This document shows positions 40,962 through 50,515 of a DNA stretch of 64,000 nt, in pieces. The first letter of the stretch is position 1. Each line of letters starts with the position of its first letter. The notes below the pieces were generated by a model that was not told the origin of the DNA, did not search any database, and worked only from the letters and a program-made list of their open reading frames with translations. Position numbers and translations under genes: made by a program. The DNA lies in assembly GCA_965222225.1 (NCBI GenBank), contig CBDCTK010000002.1:2112001-2176000 (forward strand), in the 5' to 3' direction. This DNA comes from Candidatus Poribacteria bacterium. Lineage in GTDB: Bacteria > Poribacteria > WGA-4E > JAJDTR01.

Positions 40962-41708
40962 ATGTCAGGACACTCTAAATGGTCGTCAATCAAGCATAAA
41001 AAGGCGGCGAACGATTCCAAGCGCGGCAAACTCTTTTCAAAGTTGATTAAGGAAATCACTGTTGCAGTTCGTGCCGGTGGGGCTGATCCCGAAGTAAACC
41101 CGCGCCTGCGTACCGCCATCTCAACCGCGAAATCAAGTAACGTACCGAACGATAACATTGAAAAGGCGATTTTACGTGGAACAGGTGAGCTTGAAGGCGT
41201 TGACTATGAAGAGATTACTTACGAAGGATATGGACCTGGCGGAATTGCCTTAATGATTGAGGTATTGACGGACAATCGGAACCGAGCAGTCGCTGAAGTG
41301 AGACTCGCCCTGACGAAGCATGGGGGAAGCATGGGAGAACGCGGGTGTGTGTCTTGGATGTTCGAGACACGGGGTCTAATCGCAGTTGACAAAGAAAGCA
41401 CCGATGAGGATGAGCTCTTTATGGTTGTGGCGGAAGCTGGCGCGGACGACATAACGCCGTTGGGGAACACAATTGAGATTATTACGCCGTTTGATGCGTT
41501 TGACAGCGTACGAACAGCGGTTGAAGAAGCGGGTATCCAGATTGAAGTCGCCGAAATAAGCATGATTCCGCAAAATATGGTAGAACTCGCGGTTAAAGAA
41601 GCCGGGCAAGTGGTACGTTTGATGGAGGCATTGGAGGACAGCGATGATGTCCAGAAGGTCTACGCAAATTTCGATATTCCGGACGAAATCCTAGAGGCCG
41701 CCGCATAA
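40962..41708 (+). CDS. yebC: YebC/PmpR family protein
   Basis: MSGHSKWSSIKHKK, YEGYGPGG, DDVQKVY. Confidence 0.96.
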   Translation: MSGHSKWSSIKHKKAANDSKRGKLFSKLIKEITVAVRAGGADPEVNPRLRTAISTAKSSNVPNDNIEKAILRGTGELEGVDYEEITYEGYGPGGIALMIEVLTDNRNRAVAEVRLALTKHGGSMGERGCVSWMFETRGLIAVDKESTDEDELFMVVAEAGADDITPLGNTIEIITPFDAFDSVRTAVEEAGIQIEVAEISMIPQNMVELAVKEAGQVVRLMEALEDSDDVQKVYANFDIPDEILEAAA

Positions 41709-41801
41709 TCCTTATCCTCAACGTCAACGAAAAACTTTTCTCGCTGCCATTTCGATTCCCGGCCGCAAATTTGCGGACTGAGACCTACAGCAGAACTTAA
41801 T

Positions 41802-42311
41802 TTGATTATACTTGGAATAGACCTCGGCGTTGCAAATACCGGATACGGGATTGTTGAAGCGCATCACGGCAAAGTTCAACTTCTCGATTTTGGCAACATT
41901 AAAACAGAGAGTAAAACCAAGTCACCTCATCGTTTGAAGAAGATTTACGATGAGGTGATCCATTTAGTGGAGCAGTATCAGCCGGAATTCTTGGTGTTGG
42001 AGGATGTCTTTTTCAGCAAGAATGTGAGCAGCGCATTTGCCGTGGGAGAAACAAAGGGCATTGTCAAGTTAGCGGCTGCCAACACCGATTGTGAGGTTTT
42101 CACCTATACACCCGCCGAAATCAAACAGGCTGTTACCGGGTACGGCAACGCCAACAAGGTGCAGATCCAGAAAATGGTTCAGGTGCTGCTCAGGCTAACA
42201 GAAGTTCCTCACCCCGATCACGCCGCAGACGCACTTGCACTAGCAATCTGTCACGCCCGCTCCTATAAGATACTCCAACTGCGCGGAAAATATGAGAGGC
42301 GCTCCCCATGA
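41802..42311 (+). CDS. ruvC: Holliday junction resolvase
   Basis: ILGIDLG..TGYG, LEDVF, GYGNANK, DAADALA-like motif. Confidence 0.95.
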   Translation: MIILGIDLGVANTGYGIVEAHHGKVQLLDFGNIKTESKTKSPHRLKKIYDEVIHLVEQYQPEFLVLEDVFFSKNVSSAFAVGETKGIVKLAAANTDCEVFTYTPAEIKQAVTGYGNANKVQIQKMVQVLLRLTEVPHPDHAADALALAICHARSYKILQLRGKYERRSP

Positions 42312-42904
42312 CGTGGATTTCGTTCGTTAAGGGCACTCTTGTGATGCAGGATGCAAGAGAGATCGTTGTTGATGTTCACGGGATTGGCTATAGCCTCGAA
42401 ATTCCGCCCGGCACCGTTAGCGAATTGCCAACAATCGGCTCGGAAGTCACATTCTACACCCATTATCACCAGAATAGAGAAAATGAGGTCAAACTCTACG
42501 GTTTTACTTCACGTGATGATGTTAAGGTGTTTGAGTTAGCACTTACGGTAAAGGGAGTCGGGCCGACTTTAGCGCAAAACATCGTTTCAAAACTTTCGCC
42601 ATCAGAATTCCAACGCGCAGTGATCGGGGAGGATTCCGCAACGTTGATCCGCGTGCCCCGTCTCAATAAGGAACTTGCCCAACTTTTTATCATAAAGTTA
42701 AAAAACACGATTCGCAAGGTGCAGTTTGAAGCCAAGAGTGAAGTTACGGCACTCGCTCAATATTCGGATGAAGGCGTGCAAGCATTGGTGGGATTGGGCG
42801 CTTCCGAATCTGACGCAGCACGAGCGATGACGGATGCGCAAAAAGCGTTAGGAGACGACGCCAATTTGCAAGACCTTATCCGACTCGCACTTCGATACCT
42901 CTAG
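42308..42904 (+). CDS. ruvA: Holliday junction branch migration protein
   Basis: VDVHGIGY, LYGF, VKGVGP; located between ruvC and ruvB. Confidence 0.93.
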   Translation: MTWISFVKGTLVMQDAREIVVDVHGIGYSLEIPPGTVSELPTIGSEVTFYTHYHQNRENEVKLYGFTSRDDVKVFELALTVKGVGPTLAQNIVSKLSPSEFQRAVIGEDSATLIRVPRLNKELAQLFIIKLKNTIRKVQFEAKSEVTALAQYSDEGVQALVGLGASESDAARAMTDAQKALGDDANLQDLIRLALRYL

Positions 42905-42920
42905 TGATTAAGTACGCTCC

Positions 42921-43949
42921 ATGAATAAGCATCACGAAACCTCATCCAAACAGATGAAATCTCTGAATGCAGGGGATGAAAGTTTTGAATACAGCCTCAG
43001 GCCTCAGTCACTACGAGAATTCATCGGGCAGGAAAAGGTTAAGGAGCAGTTACGAATCCATATTGAAGCCGCCAAGCAACGACAGGAAGCGCTTGAGCAT
43101 ATTCTATTGGTTGGCCCACCCGGACTTGGCAAAACAACGCTCGCAAAGATAATTTCAAATGAAATGTCGAGCGGCTTTAAGCAGGGAATCGGCGCGGTGG
43201 TTGAGCGAATAGATCTTGCGTCAATGTTGACCAATCTTGAACCCGGGGATGTGCTATTCATTGATGAGATTCATCGCATTAAGGGGCATGTTCAGGAATC
43301 GTTGTACCCGGTAATGGAGGATTATACGCTCGACTTGCCGATTGGACATGGGCCTTCGGCAGAGATTGTGCAAGTACCGCTCTCCCGATTTACGCTGGTC
43401 GGAGCAACAACCCGCGAGGGATTGTTGGCGGGGCCATTCAGAGACCGCTTCGGCATTCGCCTGCACTTGGAGTATTACACGTCCGCCGAGATTCAGATTG
43501 CCATGCGCAGAAACAGCGAAAAGATGAACGTCCAAATTGACGCGGAAGCGGAACAGGAAATGAGTCGTCGATCGCGGGGTACAATGCGCATTGCCAATAA
43601 ACTGCTGGCTAATGTCCGCGATTACGCTACCGTCAAAGGCGATAGCGTAATAAATTTGGAGATCGCTGCGGAAGCTCTAGAATTCTATGGAATCGATGAA
43701 CTGGGTTTGGACGATTGGGACAGACTTTATTTCCGAACGTTGATTGGAAAGTTCAAGGGGCGTGCCGGGCTGAAAGCACTCGCTATCGCACTGACCGAGG
43801 ATGAACGAACTGTTTCGGAAGTGTATGAACCGTATTACATTAAACTCGGTTTTCTCGCGTTGACGCCTACGGGACGGGTTGCCACAGATGTCGCTCACGG
43901 ACACTTGGGTTATGAACTGCCCGAGGACTTCCAGCGTACGTTCTTTTAG
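42921..43949 (+). CDS. ruvB: Holliday junction ATP-dependent helicase
   Basis: SLRP, GPPGLGKTTLA, DEIHR, GATTR, RDRFGI. Confidence 0.96.
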   Translation: MNKHHETSSKQMKSLNAGDESFEYSLRPQSLREFIGQEKVKEQLRIHIEAAKQRQEALEHILLVGPPGLGKTTLAKIISNEMSSGFKQGIGAVVERIDLASMLTNLEPGDVLFIDEIHRIKGHVQESLYPVMEDYTLDLPIGHGPSAEIVQVPLSRFTLVGATTREGLLAGPFRDRFGIRLHLEYYTSAEIQIAMRRNSEKMNVQIDAEAEQEMSRRSRGTMRIANKLLANVRDYATVKGDSVINLEIAAEALEFYGIDELGLDDWDRLYFRTLIGKFKGRAGLKALAIALTEDERTVSEVYEPYYIKLGFLALTPTGRVATDVAHGHLGYELPEDFQRTFF

Positions 43950-43987
43950 ATCCTGTTTGAATAATCGGTGGTAAGACAGTCTTGGTC
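43949..43987. mobile_element. Single end of the GAGCCTGTTTGAA-type MITE (opposite orientation)
   Basis: tta|GATCCTGTTTGAATAATCGGTGGTAAGACAGTCTTGGTC resembles the reverse complement of the MITE right end. Confidence 0.65.
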
Positions 43988-44037
43988 GCCTGAAGAGGGG
44001 TTTTTCACGTTAAGTTGTCGCCTGCTATACAGCTATC

Positions 44038-44075
44038 GGAATCTCTATCGCACTCGCTATTCGCTCGCTTGATCC
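44038..44075 (-). repeat. GA-tandem hairpin cassette copy K
   Basis: Minus strand: ggatcaa GC ga GC gaata GC ga GT gcgatagagattcc. Confidence 0.85.
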
Positions 44076-44232
44076 GTACGGGACGGGTTGCCACAGATGT
44101 CGCTCACGGACACTTGGGCTATGAACTGCCCGAGGACTTCCAGCGCACGTTCTTTTAAGGAGGCCCCCATTCCGATAAAACCAAGACATTGTTATCCTCT
44201 GATTACGATTGACCACTCGTCAAGGTAGGGAC

Positions 44233-45261
44233 ATGAAACTCGCCGATTTCGATTTCCATCTTCCCGAGCGTTTAATCGCACAATCTCCTGTTTTGCGGCG
44301 AGACACGTCCCGGTTGATGATTATCAATCGACGCACCGGTGTATTCCGACATGCACAATTCGCCCAAATTGATGAATTTCTGCCGGCAGGGGCATTGTTG
44401 ACTCTCAATAATACGAAAGTTATCCCGGCAAGACTAATCGGAAACAAGCCTCATTCGGGAGGAAAAGTTGAATTTCTGCTGGTTGAACAAAGAAGTAACA
44501 ATATTTGGGAGGTTCTTGCAAAACCCGGAAAAAGTATCGTGCCGGGCACGCAAGTTGAATTCGGCGAAGGCCTGTTGAAGGCGCAGGTTCTGGCTCTGGG
44601 GAGGAGTGGTAGCCGCATCGTTCGGTTTGAATATAAGGAAGACTTCCGCGAGATCCTTGCCAAGGTAGGTCAAGTGCCTTTGCCGCCTTATATCAAACGC
44701 GATCCCAAGCCGGCTGATCAGAATCGGTATCAGTGTGTTTACGCAACCTCCGAAGGGGCAATCGCGGCGCCAACTGCGGGGTTACACTTCACCAAGCCGC
44801 TCTTGGAACGACTGAAGCGGAACGGCTTCAATTTTGTGACACTGACCTTGCATGTTGGCTTAGGCACCTTTCAGCCTGTTAAGGTGCGGAATGTGCAAAG
44901 ACACAAGATGCATGCAGAGCATCTTGAGCTCTCTCAGATGGCTGCCGACGCCATCAACGCGGCTAGAGGGGGAAAAAAGAAGATTGTTGCGGTCGGGACA
45001 ACTTCAGCTCGCGCGCTTGAAACCGCCGCTTCGGGAAGCAACATCACACCTTATACCGGCGACACCGACATTTTCATCTATCCGGGCTACCAATTCAAAC
45101 TGGTTGATGCCCTAATCACAAATTTTCATTTACCTAAATCGACACTGTTGATGCTTGTCAGCGCTTTCGCGGGACGCGAGTTGATTCTTAAAGCCTACCG
45201 CGAGGCGATTAAGCGCAAATACCGATTTTACAGCTACGGAGACGCAATGCTGATTCTTTAA
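44233..45261 (+). CDS. queA: S-adenosylmethionine:tRNA ribosyltransferase-isomerase
   Basis: DFDFHLP, PLPPYI, AAPTAGLHF, TNFHLPKS, YSYGDAML. Confidence 0.97.
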   Translation: MKLADFDFHLPERLIAQSPVLRRDTSRLMIINRRTGVFRHAQFAQIDEFLPAGALLTLNNTKVIPARLIGNKPHSGGKVEFLLVEQRSNNIWEVLAKPGKSIVPGTQVEFGEGLLKAQVLALGRSGSRIVRFEYKEDFREILAKVGQVPLPPYIKRDPKPADQNRYQCVYATSEGAIAAPTAGLHFTKPLLERLKRNGFNFVTLTLHVGLGTFQPVKVRNVQRHKMHAEHLELSQMAADAINAARGGKKKIVAVGTTSARALETAASGSNITPYTGDTDIFIYPGYQFKLVDALITNFHLPKSTLLMLVSAFAGRELILKAYREAIKRKYRFYSYGDAMLIL

Positions 45262-45279
45262 TTTTGGAGGATATAATAA

Positions 45280-45576
45280 ATGGACGGAATTACCGGCACA
45301 CTCTTTATGCTCGTTCCAATGTTCGCGATTTTCTACTTTTTGCTGTGGCGCCCGGAGCAGACAAAACGGAAAAAACACCAATCTATGCTGGGAAATTTGT
45401 CGAAGGCGGATGAGGTTGTAACAAACGGGGGATTGCACGGCAAAATCGTCGGCGTGGACAAGGATCTTGTCGTAATTTCGATTGCCGAAGTGGGAGATCA
45501 GAACGTCAAAGTCGAGGTCTCAAGGAGTGCGATTGCCTTCGTGAAGAAAGGCGGAGAGTTGATTGAAGGGGAGTGA
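45280..45576 (+). CDS. yajC: Preprotein translocase subunit
   Basis: FYFLLWRP...DEVVTNGGLHG. Confidence 0.93.
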   Translation: MDGITGTLFMLVPMFAIFYFLLWRPEQTKRKKHQSMLGNLSKADEVVTNGGLHGKIVGVDKDLVVISIAEVGDQNVKVEVSRSAIAFVKKGGELIEGE

Positions 45577-45891
45577 ATCCCGGAACAACTTGATGCACTA
45601 AAGTAATCGCCCAGTTTTGCGTGAGCTAGGCTGATTGTAACCATACCGTTTATCTCCAAAGGCTTGGTGAATTAACGCTATAGTCCCGTGCCTCGCGGAT
45701 TATGCGGCTTGTATGGACAAATTCAGACCTGCCTATTCAACTGAATTTACCATGCAAACCCGTGAAATCTGAATGTCTCTTGACAACTGAAGATGTCGTA
45801 TAGACACTCCCATCCCTCTTGGCATCCCCATCTACACAGTCACCCTCCTGCCAGTAGGCTACCGCCTGCGTTAATTTCATGCTGCACCAGA

Positions 45892-46488
45892 TTAGTCCAA
45901 TAATCCCCTGAGCGACAGCGCGGAAGGATTTCGGGAATCCATGCTGATTGCGGTTTGTACCGACGCCTTCGCCAAATCTCTTTTGCCAAGATAGTAATAG
46001 CAAGCCGCTTTCAGCGCATGAAGATCCGCTGCCGATTGATAATCGTGTCGAAAGAAGAATTGGTGGTTTGCGTCAAAGGCATTCTCAAGCGCAAGAAGTG
46101 CGGCTTGAAAGTCGGAGTCGCCTCCTCGACGCAGAAAGAGGGTATTTGCCAAGCCAACCCAAGCGTCCGCGTTAGATGGATCGATGCGTATCGCATCCTC
46201 GAAAGATTCCTTCGCCTTTGCAACAATCTGAGGATTGACTACGGATACTCGCGACATGCTGAGATGACTCCAGCCCAAACCGTTGTAGGCGTCCGCAAGG
46301 TCCGGATTGAGGTTAACGGCGCGCTCAAAACTCAGGAGCGCCGCCGAAAAGTCTTTCTGGTTGTACGCGAGCCAACCGTTCGTCTGTTGTGCACGTGCGG
46401 CTTCGGCGTCGGGGTTTGGGTCTTCGGAGCAACCAAGAACTATAGAGAATAGCAGAAGTGCCGAAAACACGAAGGTACAGTTATTCAT
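45892..46488 (-). CDS. TPR lipoprotein
   Basis: Lipobox VLGC; TPR motifs (ADAYNGLGW). Confidence 0.82.
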   Translation of the reverse strand: MNNCTFVFSALLLFSIVLGCSEDPNPDAEAARAQQTNGWLAYNQKDFSAALLSFERAVNLNPDLADAYNGLGWSHLSMSRVSVVNPQIVAKAKESFEDAIRIDPSNADAWVGLANTLFLRRGGDSDFQAALLALENAFDANHQFFFRHDYQSAADLHALKAACYYYLGKRDLAKASVQTAISMDSRNPSALSLRGLLD

Positions 46489-46650
46489 CGCAGATTTCCC
46501 CGTAATGCACATCTTAAAATACCGCCAAATCTCATTTCGTCGAGATTGCAATCACCGCATGTAGCGTGTAATAAGAATTCGCCTCCATTTATACCCCATC
46601 CTATCCGCAATTTCAACGCGAAACGGTACGGATGCCAATGGTGAATCCTC

Positions 46651-46679
46651 TTGACACTGCTACTGCCCTTTGCTATGAT
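46651..46679 (+). promoter_or_regulatory. sigma70 promoter of the CoA-transferase gene
   Basis: TTGACA-N17-TATGAT, followed by the hairpin GAAGCCCGAT-aggga-ATCGGGCTTC. Confidence 0.6.
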
Positions 46680-46784
46680 TTCACGACGCGAAGCCCGATA
46701 GGGAATCGGGCTTCTCTTGTGTTTGGACTTTTAACGGATTAAATTGGAAGTTAAAATCATTACCGAAAGGTTAATATTTGACCG

Positions 46785-47972
46785 ATGCTAGGTGCGTTAA
46801 CGGGGATTAGAGTGCTTGATCTCACGCGAGTTTTGGCGGGTCCATACGCTACAATGGTCTTGGGCGATCTTGGCGCCGAGGTTATCAAGCTCGAGCAACC
46901 CGGCACCGGCGACGAATCTCGGAATTTCGGACCTTTCAAGAACGGTTTCAGTCTTTACTTTATGAGCGTCAATCGAGGTAAGCAGAGTTTGACGCTTGAC
47001 TTGAAGGCGCCGCAAGGAAAAGAGATTTTTTTGGAATTGGTCAAGCAATCTGACGTTCTTGTCGAGAACTTCCGCCCCGGCGCGATGAAAAAACTCGGGC
47101 TCGATTATGAAACTCTCAAACAATCTCAGCCTTCATTGATTTACGCCGCCTGCTCGGGGTTTGGTCAAACCGGTCCTTATGCCGAGCGAGGGGCGTATGA
47201 TATGATTATCCAAGGGATGGGGGGCATCATCAGCATTACAGGCGAACCTATGCGCCCACCGGTGCGGGTCGGCACTTCAATCAGTGATATCACGGCTGCA
47301 CTGTTTACGGCGATTGGTATACTCTCCGCGCTCCGCCACCGAGATCGGACGGGTGAAGGACAGTTGGTCGATGTCGCTATGCTGGACAGCATGGTCGCAA
47401 TCTTGGAGAATGCCATTGTGCGGCACTTTGCGACGGGCGAGATTCCACAGCCGTTAGGGAGTCAACATCCGGCGATCACTCCGTTTGAGGCCTTTGAGTC
47501 GGCGGACGCATACATCATCATCGCGATAGGTAACGATTCTCTGTGGGAGAAATTCTGCCAACATGTGGAGCGTCTCGACCTCGTCAGTGATGAGCGATTT
47601 GCCACAAATGCATCGCGCACTACAAACCATGACCAACTCCATCCCATTCTTGCCGAGATTATGCGGAGGCGCACCACGGTTCAGTGGATTGAGGGACTGG
47701 ATGCGCTTGGCGTCCCCTGCGGCCCCATCAACACGATTGACAAGGTTGTGAACCACCCTCAAATACTTGCACGGGAGATGATTGCGACAGTTTCACATGA
47801 CATCACCGGGAGCGTAGAGGTGCCTGGAGTGCCGATAAAGTTGTCGAAGACCCCCGGTCAGGTTACCACTCCGGCTCCGGCGCTTGGGGAGCATACCGCA
47901 AAGATTTTGACGGGTTTGCTAGGGAAGTCCCCTGAGACGGTTGACAAGTTGGAGCAAGAGGGGGTTGTATGA
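46785..47972 (+). CDS. CaiB/BaiF family (class III) CoA-transferase
   Basis: VLDLTRVLAGP, NRGK, ENFRPG, SGFGQTGP. Confidence 0.95.
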   Translation: MLGALTGIRVLDLTRVLAGPYATMVLGDLGAEVIKLEQPGTGDESRNFGPFKNGFSLYFMSVNRGKQSLTLDLKAPQGKEIFLELVKQSDVLVENFRPGAMKKLGLDYETLKQSQPSLIYAACSGFGQTGPYAERGAYDMIIQGMGGIISITGEPMRPPVRVGTSISDITAALFTAIGILSALRHRDRTGEGQLVDVAMLDSMVAILENAIVRHFATGEIPQPLGSQHPAITPFEAFESADAYIIIAIGNDSLWEKFCQHVERLDLVSDERFATNASRTTNHDQLHPILAEIMRRRTTVQWIEGLDALGVPCGPINTIDKVVNHPQILAREMIATVSHDITGSVEVPGVPIKLSKTPGQVTTPAPALGEHTAKILTGLLGKSPETVDKLEQEGVV

Positions 47973-48051
47973 TTTCCCCGAGGAATTTCGTGCCTACCTC
48001 GTGTGTAGAAATTCGATTTAGGAAGGTTCTGCGTTCTCAAAGTTTACATAT

Positions 48052-49137
48052 ATGAAAGAAACAGTGATTCCCCATTATTCAGTTTTAGTGCGTCGCGGGC
48101 TTGTGGAAATCACTCGCCGGGAAATCCAGCGTCGCTTGCAGGACAAGGGCAGGCTTGAATTTGTTACTCAAGAACCGGAACACATTCTGATTCGCTATTC
48201 GGGCGACCCGAGGGAATTGTTATCACTTAGATCCGCGGAGCAGGTGCTCTTGGTTGTTAAGGCGCTGCCAAAAATGTCGCGCTCCCGTCATTCTTTGACA
48301 GCGCTAGAAAAATCACTCGGACGTATTGACTTTCAACCTTATTTTGATATTTGCCGGCGAGTAGGTATACGGTTGCGGAAGCGGGTCACTTTTTGCGTCA
48401 GAAGCCGAATGATTGGGATGCGCAATTTTCGACGTGCCGACCTTCAGCGCGGCGTTGAGCGCGCCTTCATGGCCTATGGATGGCGCGCGATTGAGGAGAA
48501 TCCCGCACTTGAGATCTGGGTGGAGGCCGATGAAGCAAGGGTGACTATCAGCATTAAGCTCTCCTCAAGCGAGATGGCGAGGCGGAACTATAAACGCGCC
48601 AATTTTTCCACCTCACTCAGACCCACTGTCGCATACTCCCTTGTCCAACTCTCCGATCCGCAACCGGAGGATATATTCGTGGATCCTATGTGCGGAGATG
48701 GGACGATTCTCATCGAACGGGCATACTCGGGACGTTTCCGTTACCTGCTTGGCGGAGACATCTCGCTGGAAGCTGTGGAAGCCGCTCAGACAAACATTGG
48801 CAGAAAATATCAACCACGGCAACTCTTCCACTGGGACACCCAGACACTGCCACTCGATCGGCGAAGTGTGGATAAGATCGTGTGCAGTTTGCCATCCGGA
48901 AGAAAGGGCGCCGACAAATCCGAGATCTCCGAACTTTATTGGGAATTACTCACCGAGTGTGAGCGTGCATTGAAACCCACGGGGCGAATGGTACTTCTCA
49001 CGACGCAACGATTTGCTCTTGATAGCTTGTTGAAGGCACAACCCGCTTTCACGACGGAGCAGAGGTTTCGAATCGACCTGCGTGCACGGAATCCGTGGGT
49101 CTATGTTTGCGTGCCAACTGCAGAGAGATTCAGATAA
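48052..49137 (+). CDS. THUMP-domain RNA methyltransferase-like protein
   Basis: THUMP-like N-terminal half; SLRPTVA and DPMCGDGTILIE. Confidence 0.85.
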   Translation: MKETVIPHYSVLVRRGLVEITRREIQRRLQDKGRLEFVTQEPEHILIRYSGDPRELLSLRSAEQVLLVVKALPKMSRSRHSLTALEKSLGRIDFQPYFDICRRVGIRLRKRVTFCVRSRMIGMRNFRRADLQRGVERAFMAYGWRAIEENPALEIWVEADEARVTISIKLSSSEMARRNYKRANFSTSLRPTVAYSLVQLSDPQPEDIFVDPMCGDGTILIERAYSGRFRYLLGGDISLEAVEAAQTNIGRKYQPRQLFHWDTQTLPLDRRSVDKIVCSLPSGRKGADKSEISELYWELLTECERALKPTGRMVLLTTQRFALDSLLKAQPAFTTEQRFRIDLRARNPWVYVCVPTAERFR

Positions 49138-49265
49138 TTCTAGGCACTTGAAGCCCTCAATGGTCGCGCATATAACGCCGCTATAAAGGTTTCCATCGAG
49201 CGGAGCGACAAAAGAAAACGTCGCGGAAAATCTAGTCTGTCGCTTAGAAACTATAAATCATAACT

Positions 49266-49625
49266 ATGCCGTTCATCAAGATTAACGATTATGAACCCAT
49301 TGAGTTGGTTCCCGGTGCAAAAGCACGCACACCGTACGGCGAACACATTATGCTGTCCTACTTGGAAATGGAGGATGGCGCTGTCGTTCCATTGCACAAA
49401 CATCCGCATGAGCAGGCAGGAATGCTGCTGACGGGCAAAATGGAGTTAACCATTGGCGATGAGACACACGTATGTGTGCCGGGGGACATGTTCATCATCC
49501 CGCCTAACACTCCTCACACCGCGAAAGCTGTTGGTGGTAGCGCAACCCTATTAGACATCTTTAGCCCAGTACGAGAAGATTATGCCGCGCTGTTCAACAA
49601 GTACGCGCGCGAGGGACAACTGTAA
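49266..49625 (+). CDS. Cupin-domain protein
   Basis: HKHPHEQ...PPNTPH...DIFSPVREDY. Confidence 0.9.
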   Translation: MPFIKINDYEPIELVPGAKARTPYGEHIMLSYLEMEDGAVVPLHKHPHEQAGMLLTGKMELTIGDETHVCVPGDMFIIPPNTPHTAKAVGGSATLLDIFSPVREDYAALFNKYAREGQL

Positions 49626-49706
49626 ACGTGTCGCAGCGGACGATGCTTGGTCTTTGACCGTAGCATTTTCAATTGCCCGCAAAATTATCGACGGGAGCAA
49701 AAAAAT

Positions 49707-50489
49707 ATGAGTGATAACAACCTTATCAATGACCAACTACTAAAACAGTATCATGAACAGGGGTATTTTACCGTCAAAGGTTTGTTCACATCCGAGGAAG
49801 TTGAAGGTGTGCGGGACGAGATTCCGAAGATTGTTGAGCGTTATCCCGATGCCCCAAAGGAGTTGGTACAAATCGAGCCAACTGTTGCAAGCGGCGAGAA
49901 AATACCGGAATCCTTCGAACTCGGGGTGCGGAAACTCTCCCGCATGGCGCGGTACAACGAGTTTTTTCGCAACCTCGCCTTCCATCCAAAAATGGTAAAG
50001 ATAGCGAAAACTATACTGGGCCCTGGCATCGTACTGCATCAGGGTCAATTGCTCATGAAACCGCCTCGCCTCGGCGGGGAAAAGATTTGGCATCAAGACA
50101 ACGCTTATTTTCGGCTTGTGCCGAACCATGTCTTCGGCTTTTGGGTGGCGTGCGATGATGCCACCGTCGAAAACGGTTGTATGCACGTAAGACCTGGTTC
50201 GCATACGAAGGGTATCGCTGAACATGCCGGTGTTGGGGATGAATACGGATTGGTAACGCCACAGTCTTTAGAAGGTGCGGTACCCATTCCGTTGAAACCG
50301 GGTGATGCACTCGTCTTCCATGGTGAACTGTACCACTATACCTCGCCAAACATAACCGACAAACGACGGCGCGCAATACAGTATCATTACGCCTCTAGGG
50401 TGTGCCGGCAAACCACTGGGCAAGATCGTTTCAAGATTGAACCGGAAGTCCTAATCGCCGGACAAGACTATGCCGACACGTCAGTTTAA
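49707..50489 (+). CDS. Phytanoyl-CoA dioxygenase (PhyH) family 2OG-Fe(II) oxygenase
   Basis: WHQD, ENGC, GSH, distal H and RRA. Confidence 0.92.
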   Translation: MSDNNLINDQLLKQYHEQGYFTVKGLFTSEEVEGVRDEIPKIVERYPDAPKELVQIEPTVASGEKIPESFELGVRKLSRMARYNEFFRNLAFHPKMVKIAKTILGPGIVLHQGQLLMKPPRLGGEKIWHQDNAYFRLVPNHVFGFWVACDDATVENGCMHVRPGSHTKGIAEHAGVGDEYGLVTPQSLEGAVPIPLKPGDALVFHGELYHYTSPNITDKRRRAIQYHYASRVCRQTTGQDRFKIEPEVLIAGQDYADTSV

Positions 50490-50515
50490 AGAACTACGAC
50501 CAAAGGAGGAATAAG

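Larger units (their letters stand above)
43868..44158 (+). repeat. 82-bp direct repeat of the ruvB 3' end (43868-43949 and 44077-44158)
   Basis: Three differences: GGT/GGC, CGT/CGC and TAG/TAA. Confidence 0.92.

Noticed and set aside
43868-44158. ruvB duplication as a DGR template/variable repeat pair
   Set aside because: There are only three differences, two of them T/C on the coding strand and all silent; no reverse transcriptase is nearby.
49160-49230. Possible further degenerate cassette tail in a REP-like repeat (minus strand CGATGGAAACCTTTATAGC)
   Set aside because: It is too diverged to count with confidence.
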